Source: an uncultured Candidatus Saccharibacteria bacterium
GTDB lineage: Bacteria; Patescibacteriota; Minisyncoccia; Phycocordibacterales; UBA9973
Direction of reading: 5' to 3'
Length of the DNA stretch: 60,336 nt
Assembly: GCA_964446965.1 (NCBI GenBank)
Contig: CAYUQD010000004.1
Span: 1 to 60,336, forward strand
Part shown: positions 1-8,733 of the stretch, in pieces
How the letters are laid out: every line of letters starts with the position of its first letter
Position numbering within the stretch: the first letter of the stretch is position 1
Notes under the pieces: model-generated
Told to the model about the DNA's origin: nothing
Databases searched by the model: none
The model's input: only the letters and a program-made list of their open reading frames with translations
Position numbers and translations under genes: made by a program

Positions 1-324
1 ATAACTATTGATGAATTCAAAAAGGTAGTCGCGAAAGTGGGGAAGGTGATAGCGGCAGAGGCAGTCGAAGGATCTGAAAAGTTGATCAAGCTTAGCTTAG
101 ACTTTGGCGAAGAAACTCCACGACAAATCCTATCGGGGATACGACAGTGGTATACACCTGAAAGTTTGATTGGCAAACAATTGTTGTTCGTCACGAACCT
201 CGCACCCAGATCAATGATGGGGCTCGAAAGCAACGGTATGCTCATGGCAGTCGATGGAGTAGATGGATCTCCAGTATTTCTCGTTCCAGAAAGTGAAGTT
301 GCACCAGGAAGTAGTGTGCGATAG
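1..324 (+). CDS. C-terminal tRNA-binding (EMAP/CsaA-type OB) domain, probably the 3' end of methionine--tRNA ligase; partial at window edge
   Basis: Frame 1 is open from nt 1. Translation GKVIAAEAVEGSEKLIKLSLDFGEE..ILSGIRQWY..GKQLLFVTNLAPRSMMGLESNGMLMA matches the tRNA-binding domain found at MetRS C-termini. Confidence 0.6.
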   Translation: MTIDEFKKVVAKVGKVIAAEAVEGSEKLIKLSLDFGEETPRQILSGIRQWYTPESLIGKQLLFVTNLAPRSMMGLESNGMLMAVDGVDGSPVFLVPESEVAPGSSVR

Positions 325-329
325 GAGAG

Positions 330-1544
330 TTGTATCGTATACTTGTATACGTGTCGCTTTTTTCTTCTCACAAAAAAACAGTAGTCGGTATCGACATCAC
401 TGATACCACACTTCGCATACTGCAGTTGCATCGAGTTGGTGATGCGCTCGTACCATCGATGTGGCGAGAGATCGCGCTCCCTGTCGGGTGTATCGCTAGT
501 GGCGTGATCACTGATGCGCGCGCGCTCACCGCCATACTTGCATCTCTTCGCAAACAATACAAACTCAGAAACGTTCACATCGGTCTCCCTGCGTCCCTCG
601 TCACGCTCGTCACTGTCCCGGTCCAGAAGGACACTCCCAACCTCACGCAGTCCGTCCGTGCGCACATCACAAAGCGTGGCATCGACCCCAAGCAGCACGT
701 CATCGAGTACCGTGTCGTCGCGGCGACCGAGACCGACGCCGTCATCCAAGCGCACGCACTCCCCGAATCCGTCGCCAAGGATTATGTGCGCGTCTGCATG
801 CTCGCTGGACTCACGGCGACTGCATCCATCCTCGATGGCCAAGCCCAAGCTCGTGCACTCCTCACCCCCAACACGCAGACTACCAACCTCATCGTATCGA
901 TCGGGAGCACGCTAACCACAATGACGATTGTCGCACATGGAGTCGCGATGCAGACGACGACAGTACCAACAGGAGGCAGAGCGCTCGTCGACATATATAT
1001 GAATGAACTTGGCATCGATGAAGCGACGGCCCGCAAGCGATTGCTCGATGACGGACTCCTACAGATACCTACACCACTCTTTGAGCTCCTCACTGACTCA
1101 ATCGGACTCCTCAAGGATGAGATCCGCCGTGTCTATGTGCGCTGGCATGAAAAGAAGGGGACATATGGCATCGAACATCCTGTCGACCATATCGTCCTCG
1201 CCGGTGAGTATGGAGCAATCGGGGGACTCGATGACTATCTCAGTGCGAGTCTGCGCACTAAGGTGGTCGTTGGCAATCCGTGGAGTCAGTGCCTCTCATT
1301 TGATGCAGTCATCCCAATGCTCCCGCATGATGACGCACTCGGGTACACGACGGCGATCGGACTCGCACTCGATGATGGGACACACCTCAACCTCATTCCG
1401 AGTATTCAGAAGCGCTATCTGCAGAAGCGTCGTGCAATGCATCGGACCGTCGCCATCATTGTCGTGTGTATCATTGCGATCGTGGCTGCGTTCCTTGTAT
1501 CCACCGTATTTTCTGGTGATATTCACAAAATGCTCACTAAATGA
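330..1544 (+). CDS. Type IV pilus assembly ATPase-fold protein PilM-like, with a C-terminal PilN-like NLIP motif plus one TM helix
   Basis: N-terminus VVGIDITDTTLRILQL is actin-like/PilM-like. The C-terminus LNLIPSIQKRYLQKRR is followed by a hydrophobic helix AIIVVCIIAIVAAFLV. Start codon (TTG 330 or GTG 351) is uncertain. Confidence 0.55.
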   Translation: MYRILVYVSLFSSHKKTVVGIDITDTTLRILQLHRVGDALVPSMWREIALPVGCIASGVITDARALTAILASLRKQYKLRNVHIGLPASLVTLVTVPVQKDTPNLTQSVRAHITKRGIDPKQHVIEYRVVAATETDAVIQAHALPESVAKDYVRVCMLAGLTATASILDGQAQARALLTPNTQTTNLIVSIGSTLTTMTIVAHGVAMQTTTVPTGGRALVDIYMNELGIDEATARKRLLDDGLLQIPTPLFELLTDSIGLLKDEIRRVYVRWHEKKGTYGIEHPVDHIVLAGEYGAIGGLDDYLSASLRTKVVVGNPWSQCLSFDAVIPMLPHDDALGYTTAIGLALDDGTHLNLIPSIQKRYLQKRRAMHRTVAIIVVCIIAIVAAFLVSTVFSGDIHKMLTK

Positions 1545-1572
1545 TACAGTGGCAGTGTCCTCGGATAGCAGA

Positions 1573-1644
1573 GCCCTTGTAGTTAAATGGATATAACTGC
1601 GGACTTCTAAGCCGTTATTGTAGGTTCGATTCCTACCGGGGGCA
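1573..1644 (+). tRNA. tRNA-Arg (anticodon TCT)
   Basis: Hand-folded cloverleaf: acceptor gcccttg/cgggggc, T arm gtagg-ttcgatt-cctac, anticodon loop cttctaa. Confidence 0.85.
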
Positions 1645-1659
1645 CAATATATAGAGCAT

Positions 1660-1732
1660 GCGCTCTTAGCTCAGTTGGTAGAGCAGCGCTTTTACACAGC
1701 GAAGGTCGGGGGTTCGAATCCCTCAGGGCGCA
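1660..1732 (+). tRNA. tRNA-Val (anticodon TAC)
   Basis: Acceptor gcgctct/agggcgc, D arm gctc-agttggta-gagc, anticodon loop tttacac, T loop ttcgaat. Confidence 0.85.
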
Positions 1733-1745
1733 CAAATATTTTGCT

Positions 1746-2183
1746 ATGGAACAATTTGATCATAATAAAAAAATAGAGAATGATCTCGTTTCAAGTAAGG
1801 AGAAGGAATATGATCCAATGAAATTGCAACGATTAACTTTGCATTATGCAGAACTTATAGACGAGCAAGGCAAACTTTGGATCGTACAATTTGATCATAA
1901 TACATGGACAGATGAGATAGGAGAAGAGCGAGGCAATGAAATAGATGTACCATCGGAAAAAATTGAATTTATAAATAAAGAACAAGCGTTTCTATATTTG
2001 AAATCAATCGCCTTTAGAAAAGAAATGGAGGAAAATATTGCAATCTCTAAGCAACACCAACTTGATACTACTGTGTATGAACGTGTTATTGAATTAATCG
2101 ATCAGGCTGAAAAAGAATCCGATGAAAATAAAAAGAAACAACTAATACTTGATGCGTTTACACTTAGTGATGAAGAATCATAA
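1746..2183 (+). CDS. Hypothetical acidic protein (AT-rich islet)
   Basis: 145-aa ORF directly after the tRNA pair. No recognisable motif. Confidence 0.45.
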   Translation: MEQFDHNKKIENDLVSSKEKEYDPMKLQRLTLHYAELIDEQGKLWIVQFDHNTWTDEIGEERGNEIDVPSEKIEFINKEQAFLYLKSIAFRKEMEENIAISKQHQLDTTVYERVIELIDQAEKESDENKKKQLILDAFTLSDEES

Positions 2184-2189
2184 AAATAT

Positions 2190-2900
2190 ATGGAACAACT
2201 TGAAATCAAACCATTCGAAATAAAGAAAGTACAAAAGATTGTTGAATCCCGGGAGACTGAGGCGTTGATTGAATGTATTGAATCATTAGAAATTCATGCA
2301 GAATCAATTGGAGAAGGAGGTAATGCAGAAGTCTTGGCTATCGCCGAAGGTCCGTTCTCAAAAGTGTGTTTGAAACGACTAAAAGAAACCCCGCAAATTG
2401 ATTGTAATACTATTGACCGAGAGAATGAGTTGCAAGGAATGGCTCGAAAGGCTGGAGTTCGTACACCACTATCTCTAATATCAATTACAACAGAAAAAGG
2501 AGATTTTTTGATCATGGAAAGGGTAATTGGATCAACTCTTGAGGAAATCCTCGCGACACCATCCAAATTGCCAGAAAATTTTTCACATGAAGTGTTTATC
2601 AAAGAGCTGGATGAGCAGATCGCACGATTACACAGTGCGGGAATTTATCACCGAGATCTCCATAGTCGCAATGTGATGATCAATGAAGAAGGCTTGCCAG
2701 TGATTATTGATTTTGGAACAGCGACAGAAGGATCAGGAGGGGATTTTACTTATGAAGAGCTGGCAAATGTGTATAACCCAATAAAGAAAAAATACGAACA
2801 AGTGTCAGGTAAGTTTAAAGATGATAAAGATATGGTTCGAAATCTCAAAGGTGCTATGGCGCCACTGATGCTTCGGAAGGTATTGACAAAAACAGATTAA
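2190..2900 (+). CDS. Small protein-kinase-fold protein (RIO/Kdo/eukaryote-like kinase type)
   Basis: Catalytic loop YHRDLHSRNVMI and Mg-binding IIDFGTA. N-lobe GEGGNAEV..CLKRLK. Confidence 0.6.
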   Translation: MEQLEIKPFEIKKVQKIVESRETEALIECIESLEIHAESIGEGGNAEVLAIAEGPFSKVCLKRLKETPQIDCNTIDRENELQGMARKAGVRTPLSLISITTEKGDFLIMERVIGSTLEEILATPSKLPENFSHEVFIKELDEQIARLHSAGIYHRDLHSRNVMINEEGLPVIIDFGTATEGSGGDFTYEELANVYNPIKKKYEQVSGKFKDDKDMVRNLKGAMAPLMLRKVLTKTD

Positions 2901-2927
2901 TGAATATAATATAGAAAAATTAGATAT

Positions 2928-3140
2928 ATGTTTATAGGAGAAGAATACAAGGAAATAGTCGAGAAAAAATTTGCTGAAGCTATAGCTAATGGTCAAACAG
3001 AAATACTATTGGATGAAAAAACAATAGGTGGTATCAAATTATTTATTGGTACAAAGCCAGCTATTTCAATGGGAACATTTGTTATGGAAGATGGTACAGA
3101 GGTACACGTAGGCGCACAATCATTAGAAACGGTTTCTTAA
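2928..3140 (+). CDS. Hypothetical small protein
   Basis: 70-aa ORF, same strand and composition as the two preceding genes. Confidence 0.35.
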   Translation: MFIGEEYKEIVEKKFAEAIANGQTEILLDEKTIGGIKLFIGTKPAISMGTFVMEDGTEVHVGAQSLETVS

Positions 3141-3165
3141 TATATTAAGGAGCCGTTTATTTTTT

Positions 3166-3897
3166 ATGCATATAGATATTTTATTAGAAACACAAAATCT
3201 TCTCATCATCAACAAACCTTCCGGTCTCCGCACCCATGGGGATGGCAAGTCTGATGTACCAACTGTCGTTGACTGGATCTTGAAAGAGCGACCAGAGATC
3301 GCTGGAGTAGGGGAGAACATGGAAGTAGATGGCAAGGTCATCGAGCGCCCGGGTATCGTTCATCGACTCGATGAAGAGACATCGGGGTGTCTGGTCATTG
3401 CCAAGACCCAAGAAGCATTTGAATATTTGAAGCAGCAATTTAAGGATCGCCTCGTCGAGAAGGAATACCACGCGTTTGTCTGGGGGCACTTCAAGGAGAG
3501 TACAGGAATCGTCGATGCACCGATCGGGCGAAGTGTTGGTGACTTTAGACGATGGCAGGCAGGGCGCGGTATCAGAGGAGAAGTCCGCGAGGCTGTGACC
3601 AAGTGGGAAGCTATCGATCAGTTCGAAGACGAGCAAGGGGAGCGGTTCACATTGGTACACCTCTGGCCCAAGACTGGCCGTACGCATCAACTACGCGTCC
3701 ATATGAAGTATCTCCAGCGCCCCATTGTCTCGGACTCGCTCTATGCCGCATCCAAACCCCAAGCCTTGGGATTCTCCCGAGTAGCGCTCCATGCACGCAC
3801 CATATCCTTCGTCGCTCCTGAGGGGCAACAGGTCGCTGTCAGCGCCCCATATCCGGCTGATTTTGAGCAAGCTATTGCAAAGTATACTAAAGCGTGA
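3166..3897 (+). CDS. RluA-family pseudouridine synthase (no S4 domain)
   Basis: Catalytic motif HRLDEETSGCLVIAKT. C-terminal TGRTHQLRVH. Confidence 0.85.
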   Translation: MHIDILLETQNLLIINKPSGLRTHGDGKSDVPTVVDWILKERPEIAGVGENMEVDGKVIERPGIVHRLDEETSGCLVIAKTQEAFEYLKQQFKDRLVEKEYHAFVWGHFKESTGIVDAPIGRSVGDFRRWQAGRGIRGEVREAVTKWEAIDQFEDEQGERFTLVHLWPKTGRTHQLRVHMKYLQRPIVSDSLYAASKPQALGFSRVALHARTISFVAPEGQQVAVSAPYPADFEQAIAKYTKA

Positions 3898-3912
3898 TAG
3901 ATTGGAGGCCTT

Positions 3913-4326
3913 ATGGCAGACTCATTTTCTCCCGTTGATATCGAAGCACGAAAGGCACTTCCGTTTGTGTCAGGTGACACTGTGCGCGTATGGTCAAAGA
4001 TCGAGGACAAGGGCAAATACCGCCTTCAGGCCTTTGAAGGACTCGTCCTCGCCCGCAAGCATGGTACCGGTCCCTCTGCGACATTCACTGTCCGCAAGGT
4101 GTCCAATGCTGTTGGTGTAGAGCGTATTTTCCCACTATACTCACCAATGATCGACAAGATCGAGATCACCAAGAAGGCAAAGACTCGTCGCAGCAAGCTC
4201 TACTACATCCGCGACAAGGCGGCAAAGGAAGTTCGTCGCAAGATGAAGCAGATCCTCGGAGGCAAGATCGCTCCAGAAGCAGAGATCGCCGAGACCGAGA
4301 CTGTCGTCGAAGCTCAAGCAGAATAG
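3913..4326 (+). CDS. rplS: 50S ribosomal protein L19
   Basis: GDTVRVW.KI.....RLQAFEGLVLARKH.G...TFTVRK...GVERIFPLYSP.IDKIEI is the L19 signature. Confidence 0.9.
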   Translation: MADSFSPVDIEARKALPFVSGDTVRVWSKIEDKGKYRLQAFEGLVLARKHGTGPSATFTVRKVSNAVGVERIFPLYSPMIDKIEITKKAKTRRSKLYYIRDKAAKEVRRKMKQILGGKIAPEAEIAETETVVEAQAE

Positions 4327-4339
4327 AACGGTACAACGA

Positions 4340-4370
4340 CTCCCCAGATGGGGAGCGTTTGTCTTTTATT
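4340..4370 (+). terminator. Putative intrinsic terminator after rplS
   Basis: Hairpin ctcccc-agat-ggggag followed by a T-rich tail. Confidence 0.45.
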
Positions 4371-4425
4371 TGCTTTGAGGGTACTTTTTGGTATAGTACG
4401 CAATACATTCGTATGAATGTACCCT

Positions 4426-4509
4426 GCGCGGGTGGCGAAACTGGTAGACGCACTACCTTGAGGTGGTAGCGGGAGCAATCCTATGGAGGTTCAAGTCCTC
4501 TCTCGCGCA
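4426..4509 (+). tRNA. tRNA-Leu (anticodon GAG), long variable arm
   Basis: Acceptor gcgcggg/ctcgcgc, anticodon stem-loop ctacc-ttgaggt-ggtag, long variable arm, T loop ttcaagt. Confidence 0.85.
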
Positions 4510-4554
4510 CAAAAGAATTTGATACTCCGACACAAGAGGTGTAGTATTCAAATT

Positions 4555-5388
4555 ATGAAAAATAATAAGGTTCTAGGATTGGTAGTGGGGATTATACTCA
4601 TCGCAGGTATTGTACTTGTGGTACGTGAGCATAAAACTGAAGTTGCGTCTAATTCGCAATATCCACTACCCGAAATGGTTTCTCCGAATCCTACTACAGT
4701 ACCAACTTCTCAATCAGAACAAGTAGTAATCCCAACTCCAACAGTAACAACATCTCCATCCCCAACACCTATTTCTGAAAATGATGAATGCAAGATGGTG
4801 ACAGGGTTCAGCTGTCTGGAATATAAAAATGGTTGGATTAGTGCATTTAAAGTAGAAAATAATCTAACAGACACTTCATTCAATAATTATATTTCGATTG
4901 ACTCAACCAATTTTGCCGCGGTTGGAACAAACTATGAATACACTGTTACCTACACGATCAAGAAATCGTGGATAACGGTACACAGGGAAGACTCCATGTT
5001 GCTCTACAATGGTACGCGTACTCAGTTCCTCAGCCCAACACAGTGGCCTATTGAGCGAAGTACAACTACAAATGGGAGAGTGGGAGTCTCAACAATTCAT
5101 TTGAATGACAATCTTGCGTTCGCGAACAGCAGCAGTGCGATTGATTATTTTGTAAGCCAGCGCAATGTAGCTGGCACCAATTCGACAATATACAAACAAG
5201 ATTTTCAATACTATTGGAACAAGGAAGCTGCAGACAAGAGCAACACACTTTTCGCAGGACAAGGAGGGGAACCTGTTATTGTTATTGTCGGAACAATCAA
5301 TGCTTCTCAAAATAAATGCTATGTAGGGGAACTATCATTAGTCAGCAGAGAGACAATCTACCGAGAAACACCCTGCGAAATCAATTAA
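4555..5388 (+). CDS. Membrane-anchored, Pro/Thr-linker protein, probably extracytoplasmic, unknown function
   Basis: ATG at 4555 (MKNNKVLGLVVGIILIAGIVLVV) gives an N-terminal TM helix, then a PT-rich linker. The tracked start at 4483 lies inside tRNA-Leu. Confidence 0.55.
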   Translation: MKNNKVLGLVVGIILIAGIVLVVREHKTEVASNSQYPLPEMVSPNPTTVPTSQSEQVVIPTPTVTTSPSPTPISENDECKMVTGFSCLEYKNGWISAFKVENNLTDTSFNNYISIDSTNFAAVGTNYEYTVTYTIKKSWITVHREDSMLLYNGTRTQFLSPTQWPIERSTTTNGRVGVSTIHLNDNLAFANSSSAIDYFVSQRNVAGTNSTIYKQDFQYYWNKEAADKSNTLFAGQGGEPVIVIVGTINASQNKCYVGELSLVSRETIYRETPCEIN

Positions 5389-5443
5389 ATTGCTCAAGTG
5401 GCATGCTCTCATGCTTGGAACTTTTCCATGCTAGACTAACCCT

Positions 5444-6451
5444 ATGTACGAACAATCAACCCGCAAATATTTCTACGCCTCATTATTCATTGGAGGAGCA
5501 ATACTTGTTGCGGCCATACTCTGGCCATTTGCAAAGGTTATTATCCTCTCAGTCGCGCTTTCGGCAGTGCTGTTCCCGGTATATCGCATGCTCAACAAAC
5601 ACCTCAAGGTGTCATGGGTGGCATCACTCCTGACAGTACTCATATTTATTATCGTACTGTGTATCCCACTTTTCACCGTAGGGACGCTTGTGTTCAAACA
5701 ATCACAAAACCTCTCTCTGTGGGTATCTGATCACGGTGGACTCGACAATATCACCCGACTCTTCAATAGATCTATCACCAACCTTTTCCCAGGAGGTGCG
5801 ATCAACCTCAAGCAAAGCATTGCCTCCCTCACTGGCAATTTGAGTGCGGGTATCGGGAACGCATTCACAGCAACTCTTGCGACACTCTTTTCATTCCTCT
5901 TGGTTATTTTGGCTACATTCTATTTCCTCAAAGACGGTACTGATTGGAAGAATACATTGGTACGATTTAGTCCACTCTCTGACGATAGTAGTCACAAGAT
6001 ATTGACCAAGCTCAACGTGGCAGTCAATGGGATTATGAAAGGCTACCTCCTCATCGCGCTCGCACAAGGAGTCCTCATGGGGATAGGGTTGTGGGTCTTT
6101 GGGGTTCCAAATGCGGCACTCTTTGGGGTGCTCGCTGGTATTGCATCTCTTGTGCCCACCATTGGTACCGCGCTCGTCGCAATCCCTGCCATCCTCTTTT
6201 TGGTGATTAGTGGACACACAGGTTCTGCAATCGGGCTCAGTATCTGGGCTGCAGCGTTGGTAGGATCTATCGACAACCTCCTCAACCCATACCTCGTCGG
6301 CAAAAAGATCGACATTCATCCGCTCCTTGTCCTCTTCTCAGTCCTCGGCGGTATCGCACTCATGGGTCCGATCGGTATCCTTGTTGGCCCACTCGCGATC
6401 TCATTTATGTACGCGCTCGCAAGTGTATACAAGACAGAGATAAAGGATTAA
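5444..6451 (+). CDS. AI-2E family transporter (PerM/UPF0118)
   Basis: Polytopic membrane protein with the C-terminal region GIASLVPTIG...LLNPYLVGKK..IHPL typical of this family. Confidence 0.8.
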   Translation: MYEQSTRKYFYASLFIGGAILVAAILWPFAKVIILSVALSAVLFPVYRMLNKHLKVSWVASLLTVLIFIIVLCIPLFTVGTLVFKQSQNLSLWVSDHGGLDNITRLFNRSITNLFPGGAINLKQSIASLTGNLSAGIGNAFTATLATLFSFLLVILATFYFLKDGTDWKNTLVRFSPLSDDSSHKILTKLNVAVNGIMKGYLLIALAQGVLMGIGLWVFGVPNAALFGVLAGIASLVPTIGTALVAIPAILFLVISGHTGSAIGLSIWAAALVGSIDNLLNPYLVGKKIDIHPLLVLFSVLGGIALMGPIGILVGPLAISFMYALASVYKTEIKD

Positions 6452-6460
6452 TCTAAGAGA

Positions 6461-7603
6461 GTGCACCCCCTCGCATCCTCTATCCGCCCAACTTCGCTCG
6501 ACGAGTATATCGGCCAAGACCACTTGGTATCTACGGGCGCGCCACTGCGGGTCGCTATAGAAGAGAAGCATGTATTCTCATTCATCCTCTGGGGTCCGCC
6601 AGGCGTTGGCAAGACGACACTCGCTCGGATCTATGCGGCGAGTCTCAATGCTGACTATCACGAACTCTCGGCCGTGTCTGCGGGCAAGGACGATATACGA
6701 CAGATCATTGAAAAGAGTGGAGACCTCTTTGGTCCCAAAATACTGTTCCTCGATGAGATTCATCGGTTCAACAAAGCACAACAAGACTTCCTCTTGCCAT
6801 ATGTCGAGAGTGGTCGACTGACACTGATCGGGGCAACGACGGAGAATCCGAGTTTCGAAGTGATACCGGCGCTACTCTCGAGACTGCGAGTATTCACACT
6901 CAAGGAACTCACGCATGACAATATACTCAGTATCATTGGTCGGACTAGTATCGAGATGAATGCAGATGCCAAGGACTGGGTCGCATCTATCGCCAATGGC
7001 GACGCACGACAAGCACTCGCATTGATCGAGAATACGAACAAGTTGTACAACGTAGTGACTCTCGAGACGCTACAGCAATCCCTCCAAGATACGCGTCTGC
7101 GATTTGATAAAGGAGGTGAAGAACACTACAACACCATCTCTGCGTTCATCAAAAGTATGCGCGCTTCTCAGCCTGATGCTGCACTCTATTATCTGGCGCG
7201 CATGATCGAAGGGGGAGAGGATGCCAAGTTCATTGCGCGACGTATGGTGGTATTTGCTTCCGAAGATATCGGGATGATGGATCCACATGCACTTGTGCTC
7301 GCCAATGCAGTATTTCGCGCAGTCGAAACTATTGGGTACCCCGAAGCCGGTATCAACCTCTCGCATGGCGTCGTCTATCTATCCAAAGCTCCAAAGAGTA
7401 AGGCTGCATACAATGCCTACAACGCCGCAATGGCAGACGCAAAGAAGCATGGCAACCTCCCGATCCCGCTCAAACTCCGCAATGCACCAACCAAACTCAT
7501 GAAAGACGAAGGGTATGGCAAAGGATACGAGAAATATACCAAAGAAGATTTGTTGCCAGAGAAGTTGAAGGGTGCGAAGTATTGGGAAGAAGATCAAAAA
7601 TAA
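6461..7603 (+). CDS. rarA: Replication-associated recombination protein A (AAA+ ATPase)
   Basis: RP.SLDEYIGQDHL, Walker A GPPGVGKTTLARI, Walker B LFLDEIHRFNK, C-terminal MgsA-type domain (ARRMVVFASEDIG). Confidence 0.85.
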   Translation: MHPLASSIRPTSLDEYIGQDHLVSTGAPLRVAIEEKHVFSFILWGPPGVGKTTLARIYAASLNADYHELSAVSAGKDDIRQIIEKSGDLFGPKILFLDEIHRFNKAQQDFLLPYVESGRLTLIGATTENPSFEVIPALLSRLRVFTLKELTHDNILSIIGRTSIEMNADAKDWVASIANGDARQALALIENTNKLYNVVTLETLQQSLQDTRLRFDKGGEEHYNTISAFIKSMRASQPDAALYYLARMIEGGEDAKFIARRMVVFASEDIGMMDPHALVLANAVFRAVETIGYPEAGINLSHGVVYLSKAPKSKAAYNAYNAAMADAKKHGNLPIPLKLRNAPTKLMKDEGYGKGYEKYTKEDLLPEKLKGAKYWEEDQK

Positions 7604-7628
7604 AAAGTCCGCGTGATATACTCATCCC

Positions 7629-8621
7629 ATGCACATCTATCTCGGACTATTTGCCGCAATCTGCGGACTCATCATATCGACATACATATATCGACAGAAG
7701 AAAAAGAAGACATCCCTCGTCTGTCCTCGTGAAGCGAGTTGTGAAAAGGTTGTGCATAGTATCCATGCGACGACTGCTGGTATCGACAACACACTCCTCG
7801 GTATCGGATACTACGCAACGATCGGCCTACTATATGCCTTTGTACTCGTGTTCCCACAGTATCTCACTGCACCAGTGTTATGGGTGATGACGGTGATGAC
7901 ATGCTTTGGTGTTCTATTCTCTCTCTATCTCATTGCTCTCCAAGCCTTCGTCATTCGCGCGTGGTGTGCGTGGTGTCTCGGGTCGGCTACAGCAACAGCA
8001 CTCCTTGCAGTCGCACTCATGGGTCACCATATGACTGACCTCTACACACTCCTCGGTACACAGCGTATCTGGTGGATCATTGTGCACAACATCGGATTCA
8101 TTCTCGGACTTGGAGGTGCGACCATTACTGATATTTTCTTTTTCCGATTTCTCAAAGATAACCGCATCTCTGAACAAGAAAAGGGGACTATGGATACTCT
8201 CTCCAATGTGATCTGGGTAGGACTCGCGGTGCTTATCATGAGTGGTCTCATGCTTTATTTGCCAGAGCAGGCACGGCTAAGTGTGTCATCGAAGTTCTTG
8301 CTCAAGGTCGTCGTCGTGGGAGTGATCGTCGTCAACGGCATACTTCTCAACCTCCGCGTTGCTCCGCGGATGCGACAGTTCTCGCTCGCGAATACAGTTC
8401 CGGCGAAGAGTTTCCGCCGGCTCGCCTTTGCGCTCGGGGGGATCTCGATTGTGAGTTGGTACACGGCGTTCTTGCTCGGATCGTTGCGGTCGATCAATCT
8501 CGTCTTTCGCGAGGGGGTTGCGCTCTATGTGAGTCTGCTCATCGCCGTTGTGGTGGGGAGTCAGGTATACGAGCGTATCGTCAGTCGGCATCACGACGCG
8601 GTGCCGCCTGCTAGTCAATAA
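7629..8621 (+). CDS. VKOR (vitamin K epoxide reductase)-family domain fused to an extra multi-TM domain
   Basis: Loop cysteine pair CPREASC and active-site CXXC in AWCAWCLGSA. About 190 further residues of TM helices follow. Confidence 0.65.
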   Translation: MHIYLGLFAAICGLIISTYIYRQKKKKTSLVCPREASCEKVVHSIHATTAGIDNTLLGIGYYATIGLLYAFVLVFPQYLTAPVLWVMTVMTCFGVLFSLYLIALQAFVIRAWCAWCLGSATATALLAVALMGHHMTDLYTLLGTQRIWWIIVHNIGFILGLGGATITDIFFFRFLKDNRISEQEKGTMDTLSNVIWVGLAVLIMSGLMLYLPEQARLSVSSKFLLKVVVVGVIVVNGILLNLRVAPRMRQFSLANTVPAKSFRRLAFALGGISIVSWYTAFLLGSLRSINLVFREGVALYVSLLIAVVVGSQVYERIVSRHHDAVPPASQ

Positions 8622-8660
8622 GGGGCAAATCTGGTATAACGAAAAGCACGCAATACACAT

Positions 8661-8733
8661 GGGGCTTATGGTGTAACGGTTAACACTGAGGTTTGTGGAA
8701 CCTTCGATTCGGGTTCGATTCCCGATAGGCCCC
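8661..8733 (+). tRNA. tRNA-His (anticodon GTG) with encoded G-1
   Basis: G-1 opposite discriminator C. Acceptor gggctta/taggccc, D arm gtgt..acac, anticodon loop ttgtgga, T arm tcggg-ttcgatt-cccga. Confidence 0.85.

Noticed and set aside
4483-4554. Upstream extension of the 4555-5388 gene
   Set aside because: The extension overlaps tRNA-Leu on the same strand. The internal ATG gives a sensible TM anchor.
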